Below are positions 19,870 to 29,487 of a stretch of 64,000 nt of DNA, one piece after another. This DNA comes from Escherichia phage VerenaGrendelmeier_Bas101. A program made the translations under genes and the position numbers. Within the stretch, counting starts at the first letter, position 1. Each line of letters opens with the position of its first letter. The stretch lies in the sequence record PQ850631.1, one strand, 5' to 3'. The notes beneath the pieces were generated by a model, which did no database searches, had not been told where the DNA came from, and saw only the letters and a list, made by a program, of their open reading frames with translations.

Positions 19870-20742
19870 TTGAAAAAGAGAATCCTTAAAGTCACCTTAT
19901 CTATGCCGGATGGCACAAGCCAAGTGCTTGATGAAGGATTGATGCTTAGATGCCGAATCAAAAAGGCAGCACTTTCCGTGCAAAATAAGGCCACAATCGA
20001 AGTCGCAGGATTGACAGGGTACTTAAGAGAGTACCTGCTTTCCAACTTCACCGCATTCAACAAACGTCTGCGTGATCAAGGCCAATTGGCGGCGAATTAT
20101 GTCAACGTAACAATTGAAGCTGGATATAGAGAAGGCAACGTTGTTAGTAGCAACTTAGTCTACAAGGGGCAAGTCACAACGGTCGAGATAACAGCGCCGC
20201 CGCCGAACATCGTCATACGCATCACTTGCTACACCAACCAGATAAACAGGACTAAGTTTATCACTCAAGCTGCACCGTCAAACCCAACATTCAAAGAGTT
20301 TGTGGAGTGGTCGGCAAAGCAAATGGATATTGATACTGTTATATGCGATACTTCGATTAACAATCAGCGCCTTGTTAACCCAGGCCGCACAACATATGTT
20401 GCAGCCGCCTTGTTGCTTGAGATTCAGAACTATCAAAGGAACTCTATTGCGGCATATATCGATGATGATACGCTCATCGTCAAGGATAAAGACAAAATTC
20501 TGAATCCAGAACAGATAACGGTGATTGAGGAATTTGTCGGAATACCGATGTGGAACGAGTGGGGTGCTGACTTCACTTGCATGTATAACGCGGATTTGAA
20601 GCTTGCCCAAGGTGTGAAATTCAAATCAGTCTTAAACCCAAGCTTGAACGACACCACATTTGTCATCATGCAACTTGAATATGATTTAGCAAGTCGTGAT
20701 GATATATTTACGGTGACGGGCGGCGTTGCACCATCGGCCTAA
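19870..20742 (+). CDS. hypothetical baseplate/tail protein
   Basis: 290-aa ORF after tape measure. Confidence 0.4.
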   Translation: MKKRILKVTLSMPDGTSQVLDEGLMLRCRIKKAALSVQNKATIEVAGLTGYLREYLLSNFTAFNKRLRDQGQLAANYVNVTIEAGYREGNVVSSNLVYKGQVTTVEITAPPPNIVIRITCYTNQINRTKFITQAAPSNPTFKEFVEWSAKQMDIDTVICDTSINNQRLVNPGRTTYVAAALLLEIQNYQRNSIAAYIDDDTLIVKDKDKILNPEQITVIEEFVGIPMWNEWGADFTCMYNADLKLAQGVKFKSVLNPSLNDTTFVIMQLEYDLASRDDIFTVTGGVAPSA

Positions 20743-20744
20743 AT

Positions 20745-21266
20745 ATGAGAAAGAATAAAGTAATTGAGCTGTTTGGAGTTACTTATGAAATACATCAATT
20801 CAGCGCAATAGACGCGTTTGAAATGGTTGATGCGATAAGCATATTAACTCCACTTGAATTATTAAGTGAATGTCATGTTATTAAATATGACGGAACTAAA
20901 GTCAGATTAAACTCTGAGAAGGCCATCAGTGAAGAAGTGAAAAGTGTGCCAAATCACTTGCCGCCCAACCTTGTATTGAAAGTTCTAATGGAAGCGGTAA
21001 AGAAGCACAATTTTGGATTCCTCAGTGATTGGAAAGGCACTAAGATTCCAAATAGATTCTTGGCTGACGTCCCGACCGTAGAGCCTAATTATCTTGAGCC
21101 GATGGTTGCAAGCCTAATAAACAATGGTCTTGCTTCGTTAAAAGAATTGGAAGAATATTATTCATTGCGTGATGCATTCGCTATGTTTGATGGACTAATA
21201 GCAAAATCACTTAATGAAGCCTACTCAAACGAAGCTGCCATTAAAGAATCAAAGTCAAATCGCTAA
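20745..21266 (+). CDS. hypothetical baseplate/tail protein
   Basis: 173-aa ORF. Confidence 0.4.
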   Translation: MRKNKVIELFGVTYEIHQFSAIDAFEMVDAISILTPLELLSECHVIKYDGTKVRLNSEKAISEEVKSVPNHLPPNLVLKVLMEAVKKHNFGFLSDWKGTKIPNRFLADVPTVEPNYLEPMVASLINNGLASLKELEEYYSLRDAFAMFDGLIAKSLNEAYSNEAAIKESKSNR

Positions 21267-21270
21267 AATA

Positions 21271-21299
21271 TTGCTTATAGACTCCTTATAGATTATAAT
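21271..21299 (+). promoter_or_regulatory. sigma70-like promoter (TTGCTT-17-TATAAT) inside tail module
   Basis: -35 TTGCTT 21271-21276, -10 TATAAT 21294-21299. Confidence 0.5.
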
Positions 21300-21324
21300 T
21301 TGTTGATCAGATATAAGGAGTCTA
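21278..21324 (+). promoter_or_regulatory. 13-bp perfect inverted repeat spanning promoter -10 and downstream RBS
   Basis: TAGACTCCTTATA 21278-21290 and TATAAGGAGTCTA 21312-21324; right arm contains the AAGGAG RBS of the next gene. Confidence 0.5.
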
Positions 21325-22052
21325 TGATGGCAGAGAAGTTAACTCAACTTACAAGCCCCAACCAAACTGACAAATCAAGTATGTTTGCCGCGCTGCAGGG
21401 AATGCTGGATCGTGGCAAGTATACCACTGACGGCATGATTCCTGCACAAGTAATATCTTATGACCGCAAACAGAATTTAGCAGTCATAAAGCCTGTTATT
21501 CATTTCGTAAGTCTTGATGATAAACCAGTGGAGCGTCAACCTCTGGTGTCAATTCCTGTATTGGCAATCGGCGGCGGCGGCTTTGTAATCAACTTTCCTT
21601 TGAAAGAAGGTGATTTGGGCTGGATATTCGCTGGCGACCGCGAGTTGTCGACATTCCTTGAAGAATTGAAGCCGACCGCGCCTACCAATGGTCGCGTGAA
21701 AACTTTCGCTGATGGACTGTTCATACCGGATGTATTCCGAAAATACACCATAAGCGGAGAGGATGCAGGCTCAATGGTAATTCAGTCACTCAGCGGCGCT
21801 GTACGAATTGCATTAAGTGATGACTCGATAAACATAACCGCATCAGCTGGGGTAAACGTGAAAACACCAATCACCACTATCGACCAACAACTGATAGTGA
21901 ATGGAAAGGCAACATTCAATGGTGGTATAGAAGGGAAAGAAGGAACGACGGCAACGCTTCCGACTGGCACCACAATCGGCGGCACAAATGTATCCACTCA
22001 CGGGCACATAGGTAACGGACCTGGAAACAGAACTGGGGACATGATAGAATGA
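21324..22052 (+). CDS. putative baseplate spike/hub protein (gpV-like)
   Basis: start moved to ATG 21324 behind AAGGAG; Gly-rich C-terminal region; by position. Confidence 0.4.
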   Translation: MMAEKLTQLTSPNQTDKSSMFAALQGMLDRGKYTTDGMIPAQVISYDRKQNLAVIKPVIHFVSLDDKPVERQPLVSIPVLAIGGGGFVINFPLKEGDLGWIFAGDRELSTFLEELKPTAPTNGRVKTFADGLFIPDVFRKYTISGEDAGSMVIQSLSGAVRIALSDDSINITASAGVNVKTPITTIDQQLIVNGKATFNGGIEGKEGTTATLPTGTTIGGTNVSTHGHIGNGPGNRTGDMIE

Positions 22053-23320
22053 GTGCACAATATTCTTACATAGTAAGCACTGGTGTAATAACCATCGACA
22101 CAGCCGATTTGCTGGCTGACGTTCAGAATGAATGGATTGAGTCATTAGGGGTCGGGCTTGACGTTGATGCATCGACACCGCAAGGCACCCTAATCGCGAC
22201 AGAGACTTTGGCAAGAACTTCAGTCATGAAGAACAACGCCGAGCTGGGAAGTCTCATCAACCCTAATTATTCATATGGCGTATACCTTGATGCCATCGCG
22301 GCACTGCTTGGTATTGAGCGAACGAAAAACATCAGCACGATGTTGAAAGGAATTACCGCAGAAGGAACGCCGCTGTTGGAAATTCCTGCTGGAAGTTTGC
22401 TGACGGATTCAAACGGCACATACTGGTATGTTCTTGAAGACGTTCAAATCACTTCGACTGGCAAGACAAGCAACATGACTCTTGCATCAAAAGATTATGG
22501 CTCATTTACGGTTGCCCCTGATGAAGAGTTTACAGTGGTGCAAGGTTATGACGTCATCGGATGGTCAAGAACGTATTCAACATCAGCAACGACGACTGTG
22601 CCAGGAACGCAATACATGGGCGACGGAGCGTTAAAGGCCGCTCGCGTTAAGCGTCTTTACCAGCAGGGCATTGCATCGCTTGGTGCCATTCGCGCTCGCG
22701 CCATGTCGGTCGACGGCGTGGAATCTGTGATGGTCGTGGAGAACGACACGGGATTGCCTGGAACGGTACGCGGCATCACCTTTTCAACGCCTAACGGTGT
22801 TTGGGTGTGCGCAAGCGGAACTTTCGATAAGCAAGTTTTTGCTGAGACTATTTTCAAAGCGAAAATGGGCGGCCAGCCGTGGGACTTTGGTGCTGCCAAC
22901 CAGGGCAATCCAGTCAACTCTCCTGATGGAATAGAAGTTGTCGACGAAGAATCACAACTGTCTTATTTCGTGAAGTTCAACACTGCAGTAATATATGACT
23001 TGTATGTCGATATTACTGTTTCAAGAGGCACCGCAACCGCCGATGCGGAATCTATTATTGCCGCTGTGTTGAATTACGGCAATGGCAATTTTAACGGTGA
23101 GCAAGGGTATACAGTAGGTCAATCTCAATCTTCTTTTGAAATTGCTTCAGCAGTGTCTTGCGAGTATCCAGGCTTGTATATTAAAGATTGCAAAATTGCA
23201 GCAGTTAAAAGCGGACAGGCAGCGCCAAATTATCCATCCGATTACGGCAGCGAGTGGATTGCCAATCCTTGGGATAAGGCGAATACTATGCGCGGCTTCA
23301 TCAACGTTAAATTTGTGTGA
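22049..23320 (+). CDS. putative baseplate protein (J-like)
   Basis: 423-aa ORF coupled to upstream gene; by position. Confidence 0.4.
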   Translation: MSAQYSYIVSTGVITIDTADLLADVQNEWIESLGVGLDVDASTPQGTLIATETLARTSVMKNNAELGSLINPNYSYGVYLDAIAALLGIERTKNISTMLKGITAEGTPLLEIPAGSLLTDSNGTYWYVLEDVQITSTGKTSNMTLASKDYGSFTVAPDEEFTVVQGYDVIGWSRTYSTSATTTVPGTQYMGDGALKAARVKRLYQQGIASLGAIRARAMSVDGVESVMVVENDTGLPGTVRGITFSTPNGVWVCASGTFDKQVFAETIFKAKMGGQPWDFGAANQGNPVNSPDGIEVVDEESQLSYFVKFNTAVIYDLYVDITVSRGTATADAESIIAAVLNYGNGNFNGEQGYTVGQSQSSFEIASAVSCEYPGLYIKDCKIAAVKSGQAAPNYPSDYGSEWIANPWDKANTMRGFINVKFV

Positions 23321-23326
23321 GGAACT

Positions 23327-26065
23327 ATGCAAAAGTTTGACACAAACCTGTTGCAAAACCTTAAGTGGATGCAGAACAATGCACCAAACATTACATCTTT
23401 GGTGCAAAAGAAAAGTGACTGGTATGAAAGATACCAAGATCAGTTTTGGACTGACTGGTACAATAACATTTTTAACATTGACACTTGTGATGCAATGGGC
23501 ATTTATATTTGGTGCGACATTCTTTGCATACCAAGAGACTTTGTGGACTTAAGCAATTATGAGCACAACTGGGCGTTTGGACCGACGCGCGACAACTTTG
23601 AAGGTGCGGACAACATCGGCGGCAACTTCTTTGGTGCTGGCGGGAAGGTTGTAAAGAATATCGAAGAAGCGCGCATACTTCTTAAGCTTCGTTATCTGAC
23701 GCTTACAAGTGATGGCCGCATCGAAAGTATCAACCGCATGCTTAAGTGGATTTTTAACCGTGGAGAGGCTTGGGATTACTCTTCATCACGCTACGCATAT
23801 GTGACCGACAATACTCAAGGTGCGGTGTCTTCATCTGAATCAACAAATGGCTCATTCCTTCTGTACGACTGGCAAGGGTCAACTGAGATTCAGCATGATT
23901 ATAAGCAGATACTTTTAAGCCATGGCAACAACGCCGGGCTGACCATCAGCGGAGTGTCAGGCGCCGTGTCACGGATGGCGCACCCAGATTGGTACTCATG
24001 GGGGAATGGCTCCGGCACAGGTCTTGTCGGCGGCGACACCAGACAGTATGGCGGCCCTGATTACTATGGACAGTTGTGTGGTGATTACCCAGGCGAGGCC
24101 ATAGAGAATTTTGCCAACGCAGTAAGGGTAGTCAAGACTGCTTCAAGCGGTGAGCCTGTGTATTCTTTGGCAAATAATCCAAGCGCCCAATCCATTGCGC
24201 TTCCTTCGCAGGCTGGCGTTAACGTTTGTTATAGCTTCTACATAAAGGTGCTTTCTGAAAATGTCGCTTCTGTTTCGGTTACAGAGAATAGTGATGCATC
24301 GAGTAATGGAAAGCTGTTTGACCCCGTCACTGGCCAGTTCAACTTGGACCCGTCATTGAGCTATTTCATCAAAGGCAAATTCGATGGAGTAAGAAGGGAA
24401 TCAAACCGTGGTGGCATAAAAGCAATTGGCGGCGATTGGTATCGAATCTGGATTGTAGAGCAGACGGCAACCGCTGCTTCTGGAGTAAGTACCAGCTTTT
24501 CAATAGAGTTGAAGGCGACTGCCGCTGGATCAACTCAAACTCGTGAATTGCCTGAAGGGTCTGATGCTCTTTTGTTTGGATACTCGATTTGCGTCTGCGA
24601 CCCTGTTCAGAATCCAAATGGACCTGAGCCTTATTTTTATGGAACGCAAAACCCTCCTTCTGACGGAACAGCAATCCTGTCTGTAACGGCGGGAACACTC
24701 AATAACATCTCCTGTGCAAACGGACCGCTGACGACAAGAAACGGTGTAGTTGGCGAGTCATTCATGCAACCTGGCTCATCACTTGCATACTCTGGCTCAA
24801 TCGGCGGCTACCCGTACCCAGGGAACGCCACGCTGATTGCAGAGACTGATGGAATCAGACGCTCATGGAACGTTAGCAGGCTGGATGGAGTACCGCCGCC
24901 GCCGACCGCCGACTATTACATGGAATACGTCATCGGACCTTATTTCGCCAACAACCTGTCTGACAACTTTAAGACGCTAGTTGGTGACAGGAATGAAGGA
25001 TTCTTGCCAGCAAATGCCGGAATACGCTGGCAGCTTTACCAAGAAGTCGCAGACTTATCTGATATTGATTTGACTGTCAGCGACATAACAGACACGCGCG
25101 TAGGATTTGAAACGGAAGGTGTTGCGTGGATTAACACTGACGGTATCATCAGAGTTGGCGGCATCAACGAGTGGCCGCTGAACAACTTCAACGGTGTGAT
25201 ACGCCAGCTTGAATCTTTGAAAGGTGTAAACCAGGTCGTCGACGGCGCGCTTGTCAACGACTATTCAATCTCAAAAGCATCAAGAGATGACTTTGGTCGT
25301 GAAATACCACGCGCGGCAATCACTAACTATTGGCGCTACACACAGCCAAATGACGGTACATCTTTTGGCAATATCATTGAGGATGGCGCAAACACTGTCA
25401 CAGCGATGCCAATCAGCGGTGTGCCCAACCAGTTCCCATCATTCAAGCTTTCCGCTACAATAGGGACTGTGCCAACGTCCGGTTATGCACGCGCTGTACT
25501 TGCTACTAAATACACTGGCACCCTGACTGGCCCTTTGTCATTTATCGCAATAGTCAAAAACAACACGGTTAACGGTCAAAAACTTTTTGTAACTGTACCG
25601 GATGGGATGGGCGGCTATATCCCTAAATTCTACAACATAGGCGCAGGTGATTTGCAACGTATCGAAATTGACCTTGCCGCTGAGATTGTTGAAGGCGCTA
25701 CCTGGGATGGATCAACAGGCGGCATCAGCATCGGTTTGATATCAGGGAAAGACTTGCCGACCGAAGTTGGTACTACTCTTGAACTTGATATTTTAAGCTT
25801 GATGCTTGTGTCTGGTAGTACGATGAATGCGCTTGCAATTTCAACAAGCGAAGATTTCGCAAAGAAAACTGCGACTTCTATATACATCAAAAACCCAGGA
25901 TCACTTGCCACTGGAGTTCAATTGATTGCTTCTAATGGTGATGTTGTAGCAACAGTAAACTTTCCGAGAAGTGCTGCTGGTGGTTATGTTTCAAGCATGA
26001 ACATAACTGACTTAACTGGTGATTGGGCATCGACCCTTTTATCAAAAATTAAATACATCGTGTAG
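23327..26065 (+). CDS. large tail fibre / baseplate wedge protein
   Basis: 912-aa ORF rich in Gly/Ser/Thr/Asn. Confidence 0.45.
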   Translation: MQKFDTNLLQNLKWMQNNAPNITSLVQKKSDWYERYQDQFWTDWYNNIFNIDTCDAMGIYIWCDILCIPRDFVDLSNYEHNWAFGPTRDNFEGADNIGGNFFGAGGKVVKNIEEARILLKLRYLTLTSDGRIESINRMLKWIFNRGEAWDYSSSRYAYVTDNTQGAVSSSESTNGSFLLYDWQGSTEIQHDYKQILLSHGNNAGLTISGVSGAVSRMAHPDWYSWGNGSGTGLVGGDTRQYGGPDYYGQLCGDYPGEAIENFANAVRVVKTASSGEPVYSLANNPSAQSIALPSQAGVNVCYSFYIKVLSENVASVSVTENSDASSNGKLFDPVTGQFNLDPSLSYFIKGKFDGVRRESNRGGIKAIGGDWYRIWIVEQTATAASGVSTSFSIELKATAAGSTQTRELPEGSDALLFGYSICVCDPVQNPNGPEPYFYGTQNPPSDGTAILSVTAGTLNNISCANGPLTTRNGVVGESFMQPGSSLAYSGSIGGYPYPGNATLIAETDGIRRSWNVSRLDGVPPPPTADYYMEYVIGPYFANNLSDNFKTLVGDRNEGFLPANAGIRWQLYQEVADLSDIDLTVSDITDTRVGFETEGVAWINTDGIIRVGGINEWPLNNFNGVIRQLESLKGVNQVVDGALVNDYSISKASRDDFGREIPRAAITNYWRYTQPNDGTSFGNIIEDGANTVTAMPISGVPNQFPSFKLSATIGTVPTSGYARAVLATKYTGTLTGPLSFIAIVKNNTVNGQKLFVTVPDGMGGYIPKFYNIGAGDLQRIEIDLAAEIVEGATWDGSTGGISIGLISGKDLPTEVGTTLELDILSLMLVSGSTMNALAISTSEDFAKKTATSIYIKNPGSLATGVQLIASNGDVVATVNFPRSAAGGYVSSMNITDLTGDWASTLLSKIKYIV

Positions 26066-26075
26066 AGGAACGGCA

Positions 26076-27863
26076 ATGCCAACACTTATTAACAGACCTT
26101 TCGCGCAAAGCGGTGATGTATCCGTGGTGCCGGATGCAAGTCCAAGCGGTTATGTGAACTTCCAGCGCGGCTACACCCCTGACTATGCACTTGCGCTGGA
26201 AGCCGGAAACGTAGCCGCGAAAGCAGTTGAACGTGAGTCGATGAACTGGTTGCTGAATCTGATCACCGACAACCTTATGTTCATACAGGACCACGGCGCT
26301 CAACAGTATTTCTCGTCTGACTTGAAGCCAGATGGATACCCGAAAAATGCCATCGTTGTCAGCAACTCTGGCACCCCTTCAGCGCCTGAATGGCGCATTT
26401 TCCAGAGTGTGGTAGACGGCAACACCAGCGCAGTCCCAGCTAACGGCGAAACGGAATCTTGGCAGGAATTGACGCTGCCTAGCGAAGCGAGAAAATATAT
26501 TCCTATGCCTGCTGGCGGCGATGCGCAAAACCCGTATTTTGTTCGCGGACTGATTTCAAACTTTGTGGACTTTGATAATATCACGACTTCCACAACTATT
26601 GTCATTCAATCTGATGCCGTTGCCGCTCTCTGCTCTAACATCCCGAATGCGGTTGGTGCGACGAAGGTTGCAGGACGTCTCCAGGTTTGCGCTTGGCAGG
26701 TTGATGCGCAGACTTTCGCCCTGCAACAATACACGTCAATGAACGGATATGTTTTCACCCGCTCTTATACGTCTGGTGCTTGGAGTGCTTGGATTCAAAA
26801 TGCAACTGTTCAAGACGTGCAAATCGGCACGCCGAATCTTGCATCAGGTAAAGGCGCACAAGATATAATCCTTACCGTTCCGGCAGGTTATGCATGGCCG
26901 CCGTCAGCAGGTAGTCGCCTGACAATTGTCAATGATGTAACGACTACCGGACCTGTTACCGTGACCATTGGTGCAAACAAGGTTGCCGTCCTTGGATTCG
27001 ACGGCGGCGAGTTGCCAGCAGGGTCCATCGTCGGTCTGCTGCCTTTCACCATTATTTATGACGGAACAGTCTGGCGTCTTCTTCAAGCATTCGGCGCGGC
27101 GCAAATCGGTGTTGATGCTAGTGAGCCGCAACAGTTTGTGACAAAGCGTCAACTCGATGATTTGGCTTCTAAGTTGATCACTATGGGTGATGTATTCGAA
27201 GTCGGTGAGACTCGATTCTTGACTAATGGCACCAACCCAAACACCAAGCTTGGCGCTTATGGACAGGTGTGGACCAGATTGCCTGATAACATGGTCATCA
27301 GAACATCCGGCACGGCACGAAACGGTCTTGCCACTGGCGGCGCGGACTCCGTCACCCTTACCGCCGCCATGCTTCCTCTGCACAATCACAGCGTGAACAT
27401 TACTACGCGACAAAGCGGTCCATGGTCAAATACCACTGGAGATGCGGGCAACCATAACCACACAGGCGATACCAGTCAAAACGGTGCTCACGTGCACGGA
27501 ATGGATTCGGCAGGCAACCACCACCATGACAGTAGCTGGGGTGAGGCGAATACGAATGATGCGCGGTATGGCGTGTATGACAATACGCACAACAACTTCG
27601 GCAGTCGAAAGGGCGGCGACTGGGATAACTACAAATACAACACCTCGACTAACGGCAACCACGTCCACAATATCCAATCTTCTGGGTCACACACCCATGG
27701 GTTGAATATAAATTACGCTGGCAATCACAGCCATAGCTATACCCTTCCCGCTCACACTCACGATGTGGTCGGTAACACTGGCAACGCAGGGCAGTCTGTT
27801 CCAACGGCTGTCTCAACCCTGCCGCGATATGTCGTCTTGAACGGCTGGTACAGAAGCGCATAA
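26076..27863 (+). CDS. tail fibre protein with His-rich C-terminal region
   Basis: start moved to ATG 26076 behind GAGGA; C-terminal HNHS..NHNHTGD..HVHG..NHHHD..HVHN..HTHG..NHSHS..HTHD. Confidence 0.5.
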   Translation: MPTLINRPFAQSGDVSVVPDASPSGYVNFQRGYTPDYALALEAGNVAAKAVERESMNWLLNLITDNLMFIQDHGAQQYFSSDLKPDGYPKNAIVVSNSGTPSAPEWRIFQSVVDGNTSAVPANGETESWQELTLPSEARKYIPMPAGGDAQNPYFVRGLISNFVDFDNITTSTTIVIQSDAVAALCSNIPNAVGATKVAGRLQVCAWQVDAQTFALQQYTSMNGYVFTRSYTSGAWSAWIQNATVQDVQIGTPNLASGKGAQDIILTVPAGYAWPPSAGSRLTIVNDVTTTGPVTVTIGANKVAVLGFDGGELPAGSIVGLLPFTIIYDGTVWRLLQAFGAAQIGVDASEPQQFVTKRQLDDLASKLITMGDVFEVGETRFLTNGTNPNTKLGAYGQVWTRLPDNMVIRTSGTARNGLATGGADSVTLTAAMLPLHNHSVNITTRQSGPWSNTTGDAGNHNHTGDTSQNGAHVHGMDSAGNHHHDSSWGEANTNDARYGVYDNTHNNFGSRKGGDWDNYKYNTSTNGNHVHNIQSSGSHTHGLNINYAGNHSHSYTLPAHTHDVVGNTGNAGQSVPTAVSTLPRYVVLNGWYRSA

Positions 27864-27871
27864 GGTGATTT

Positions 27872-28516
27872 ATGATTAATGCAAACGTGATATCTAAAGG
27901 GACCGGATGCAGCATGGATGTCGCAGAGAAATGGGTGGACCCTTTCAAGCAGGCTTGTGAGCACTACGGAATCAAAAGCAAGAACGCCATCGCGGCGTTG
28001 CTTGCAAACGTAGGAGTGGAAACAGGCAGTCTGAAGACATTTGTGGAAAACTTGAATTATTCCGCTCAAGGTCTTGCTAATACATGGCCTAGCCGTTACA
28101 GCGCCAGCGGTCGTTTCGGCGGTGCACCCAACTCCTTGGCATTGTCGATTGCCCGTAAACCAATGGAAATCGCCAATAATACATATGCAAACCGCATGGG
28201 CAACGGTTCGGTAGCATCGGGAGACGGTTGGAAGTACCGTGGCCGTGGTGCCATTCAGCTGACTGGAAAGGATAACTATGCAGATTATTCAAAGCAATCA
28301 GGCTATGACGCATTGAACAATCCTGATATTCTGACTGAACCAAAATACATCGCTGACAGCGCGGCATGGTTCTTTAAGAATAGCGGCTGTATTCCTCTTG
28401 CCGATGCGGGTGCATTTGATTCGACTGTTAAGCGGATTAACGGGGCCGCGCCGAATACGGCTAACCATGGGGATTTGCGACGGAAGCGTTACAAGGATGC
28501 ACTAGCAGTTATGTAA
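27872..28516 (+). CDS. endolysin (GH19 / predicted-chitinase-like)
   Basis: 214 aa; AIAALLANVGVETGSLKTFVENLNYS and GAIQLTGKDNY motifs typical of this lysin family; last gene of late operon. Confidence 0.6.
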   Translation: MINANVISKGTGCSMDVAEKWVDPFKQACEHYGIKSKNAIAALLANVGVETGSLKTFVENLNYSAQGLANTWPSRYSASGRFGGAPNSLALSIARKPMEIANNTYANRMGNGSVASGDGWKYRGRGAIQLTGKDNYADYSKQSGYDALNNPDILTEPKYIADSAAWFFKNSGCIPLADAGAFDSTVKRINGAAPNTANHGDLRRKRYKDALAVM

Positions 28517-28548
28517 GAAAAAGGCCCATATGGGCCTTTGTTTATTTT
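28512..28548. terminator. bidirectional rho-independent terminator
   Basis: AGGCCCA / TGGGCCT stem 28522-28537 flanked by an A-run upstream and T-run downstream; between convergent endolysin and minus-strand genes. Confidence 0.65.
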
Positions 28549-28772
28549 ACGGCTTCAACCTGGACGGGCGGCGCGGAGCTTGTATCAATGTCTGGCAAGT
28601 CGAAGTAATACCCCGCCATGCCAATCACGCCAACAATCGCGGCCCGTGCCACCTTGTTGCTAATTGACTCCCCAATAAGCTTTACCAACAGGGACAAGAT
28701 TTGAGACGTCAAAGCCTTTTTCAGCCTTTTGTTTTCTTCCAAATCTTTCTGCATAACTACCACCCATGTCAA
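28542..28772 (-). CDS. small single-pass membrane protein (holin-like candidate)
   Basis: 76 aa, one hydrophobic helix AAIVGVIGMAGYYF; start overlaps upstream gene stop. Confidence 0.4.
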   Translation of the reverse strand: MTWVVVMQKDLEENKRLKKALTSQILSLLVKLIGESISNKVARAAIVGVIGMAGYYFDLPDIDTSSAPPVQVEAVK

Positions 28773-29311
28773 CGCACATCCTGTGTCTTAACATTACCTG
28801 AAGCATCTCTTAAGGGCAGTGGATAGTAGGCCATTTGGTAGTCTGATACGCCTTCAACATGATAAAACACGATTACGTCTTTGCTGTTGATGAGCATGTT
28901 AACGACATCTGATTTATCTTCTGGAGTAAGTATGAGTGCGCCGCCTGTCCTGCTGTCTACTGCAACAGGGTATGTCTTGTCGACAAGGCCGCTGTCCAAT
29001 GTATTATACCTGACAACGATTTCAGGGGCATCAACTTTTGCAATTGACATTCCGAACACAAACGACACGACTTGGCGACCGCGATCATTCATTACGCACA
29101 TCTTTTCCTTGTCAAACCTTTCCTTTATCACATCGTATTTGTTCCAGCAAAATTCGAACGATTGGCCGTTGTTAAAATATCGAGTTAATACTTTTGCATT
29201 GCTGTTTGGCGGCGTAAACATACTTTCAGCCGCAGCACTTTTGGTGAAGAACAAAACTGTCAGCATAGCCATGATGATGATCAAAACAATCTTTAAATTT
29301 TTTGATTTCAT
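28769..29311 (-). CDS. secreted or membrane-anchored protein
   Basis: 180 aa; N-terminal signal-like KIVLIIIMAMLTVLFFTKSAAAES; AAGGTG RBS. Confidence 0.45.
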   Translation of the reverse strand: MKSKNLKIVLIIIMAMLTVLFFTKSAAAESMFTPPNSNAKVLTRYFNNGQSFEFCWNKYDVIKERFDKEKMCVMNDRGRQVVSFVFGMSIAKVDAPEIVVRYNTLDSGLVDKTYPVAVDSRTGGALILTPEDKSDVVNMLINSKDVIVFYHVEGVSDYQMAYYPLPLRDASGNVKTQDVR

Positions 29312-29342
29312 TATAATTCACCTTTTGATTACGAATATTAAT

Positions 29343-29370
29343 AGTATAGGCCGAAGGTTTTGAAAGTAAA
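29343..29370 (-). promoter_or_regulatory. sigma70-like promoter (TTTACT-16-TATACT) for 28769..29311 cassette
   Basis: minus-strand reading: TTTACT (plus 29365-29370), 16-bp spacer, TATACT (plus 29343-29348). Confidence 0.45.
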
Positions 29371-29382
29371 TAAGGCGAAAGG

Positions 29383-29413
29383 TAAATAAAAGAAAAGCCG
29401 GAGATTTCCGGCT
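29383..29413 (-). terminator. rho-independent terminator downstream of ligase operon
   Basis: AGCCGGA / TCCGGCT stem with 4-nt loop; U-run on minus strand. Confidence 0.55.
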
Positions 29414-29487
29414 TTATGTATACACTGCAGATTTAATTCTATAAAACGGCGCGATAGATTATCCGCACCAATTATTTATCCAGTGTC

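Noticed and set aside
26019-26075. Upstream start for the second fibre gene overlapping the 912-aa gene by 47 bp
   Set aside because: The ATG at 26076 has a GAGGA ribosome-binding site and avoids the overlap.
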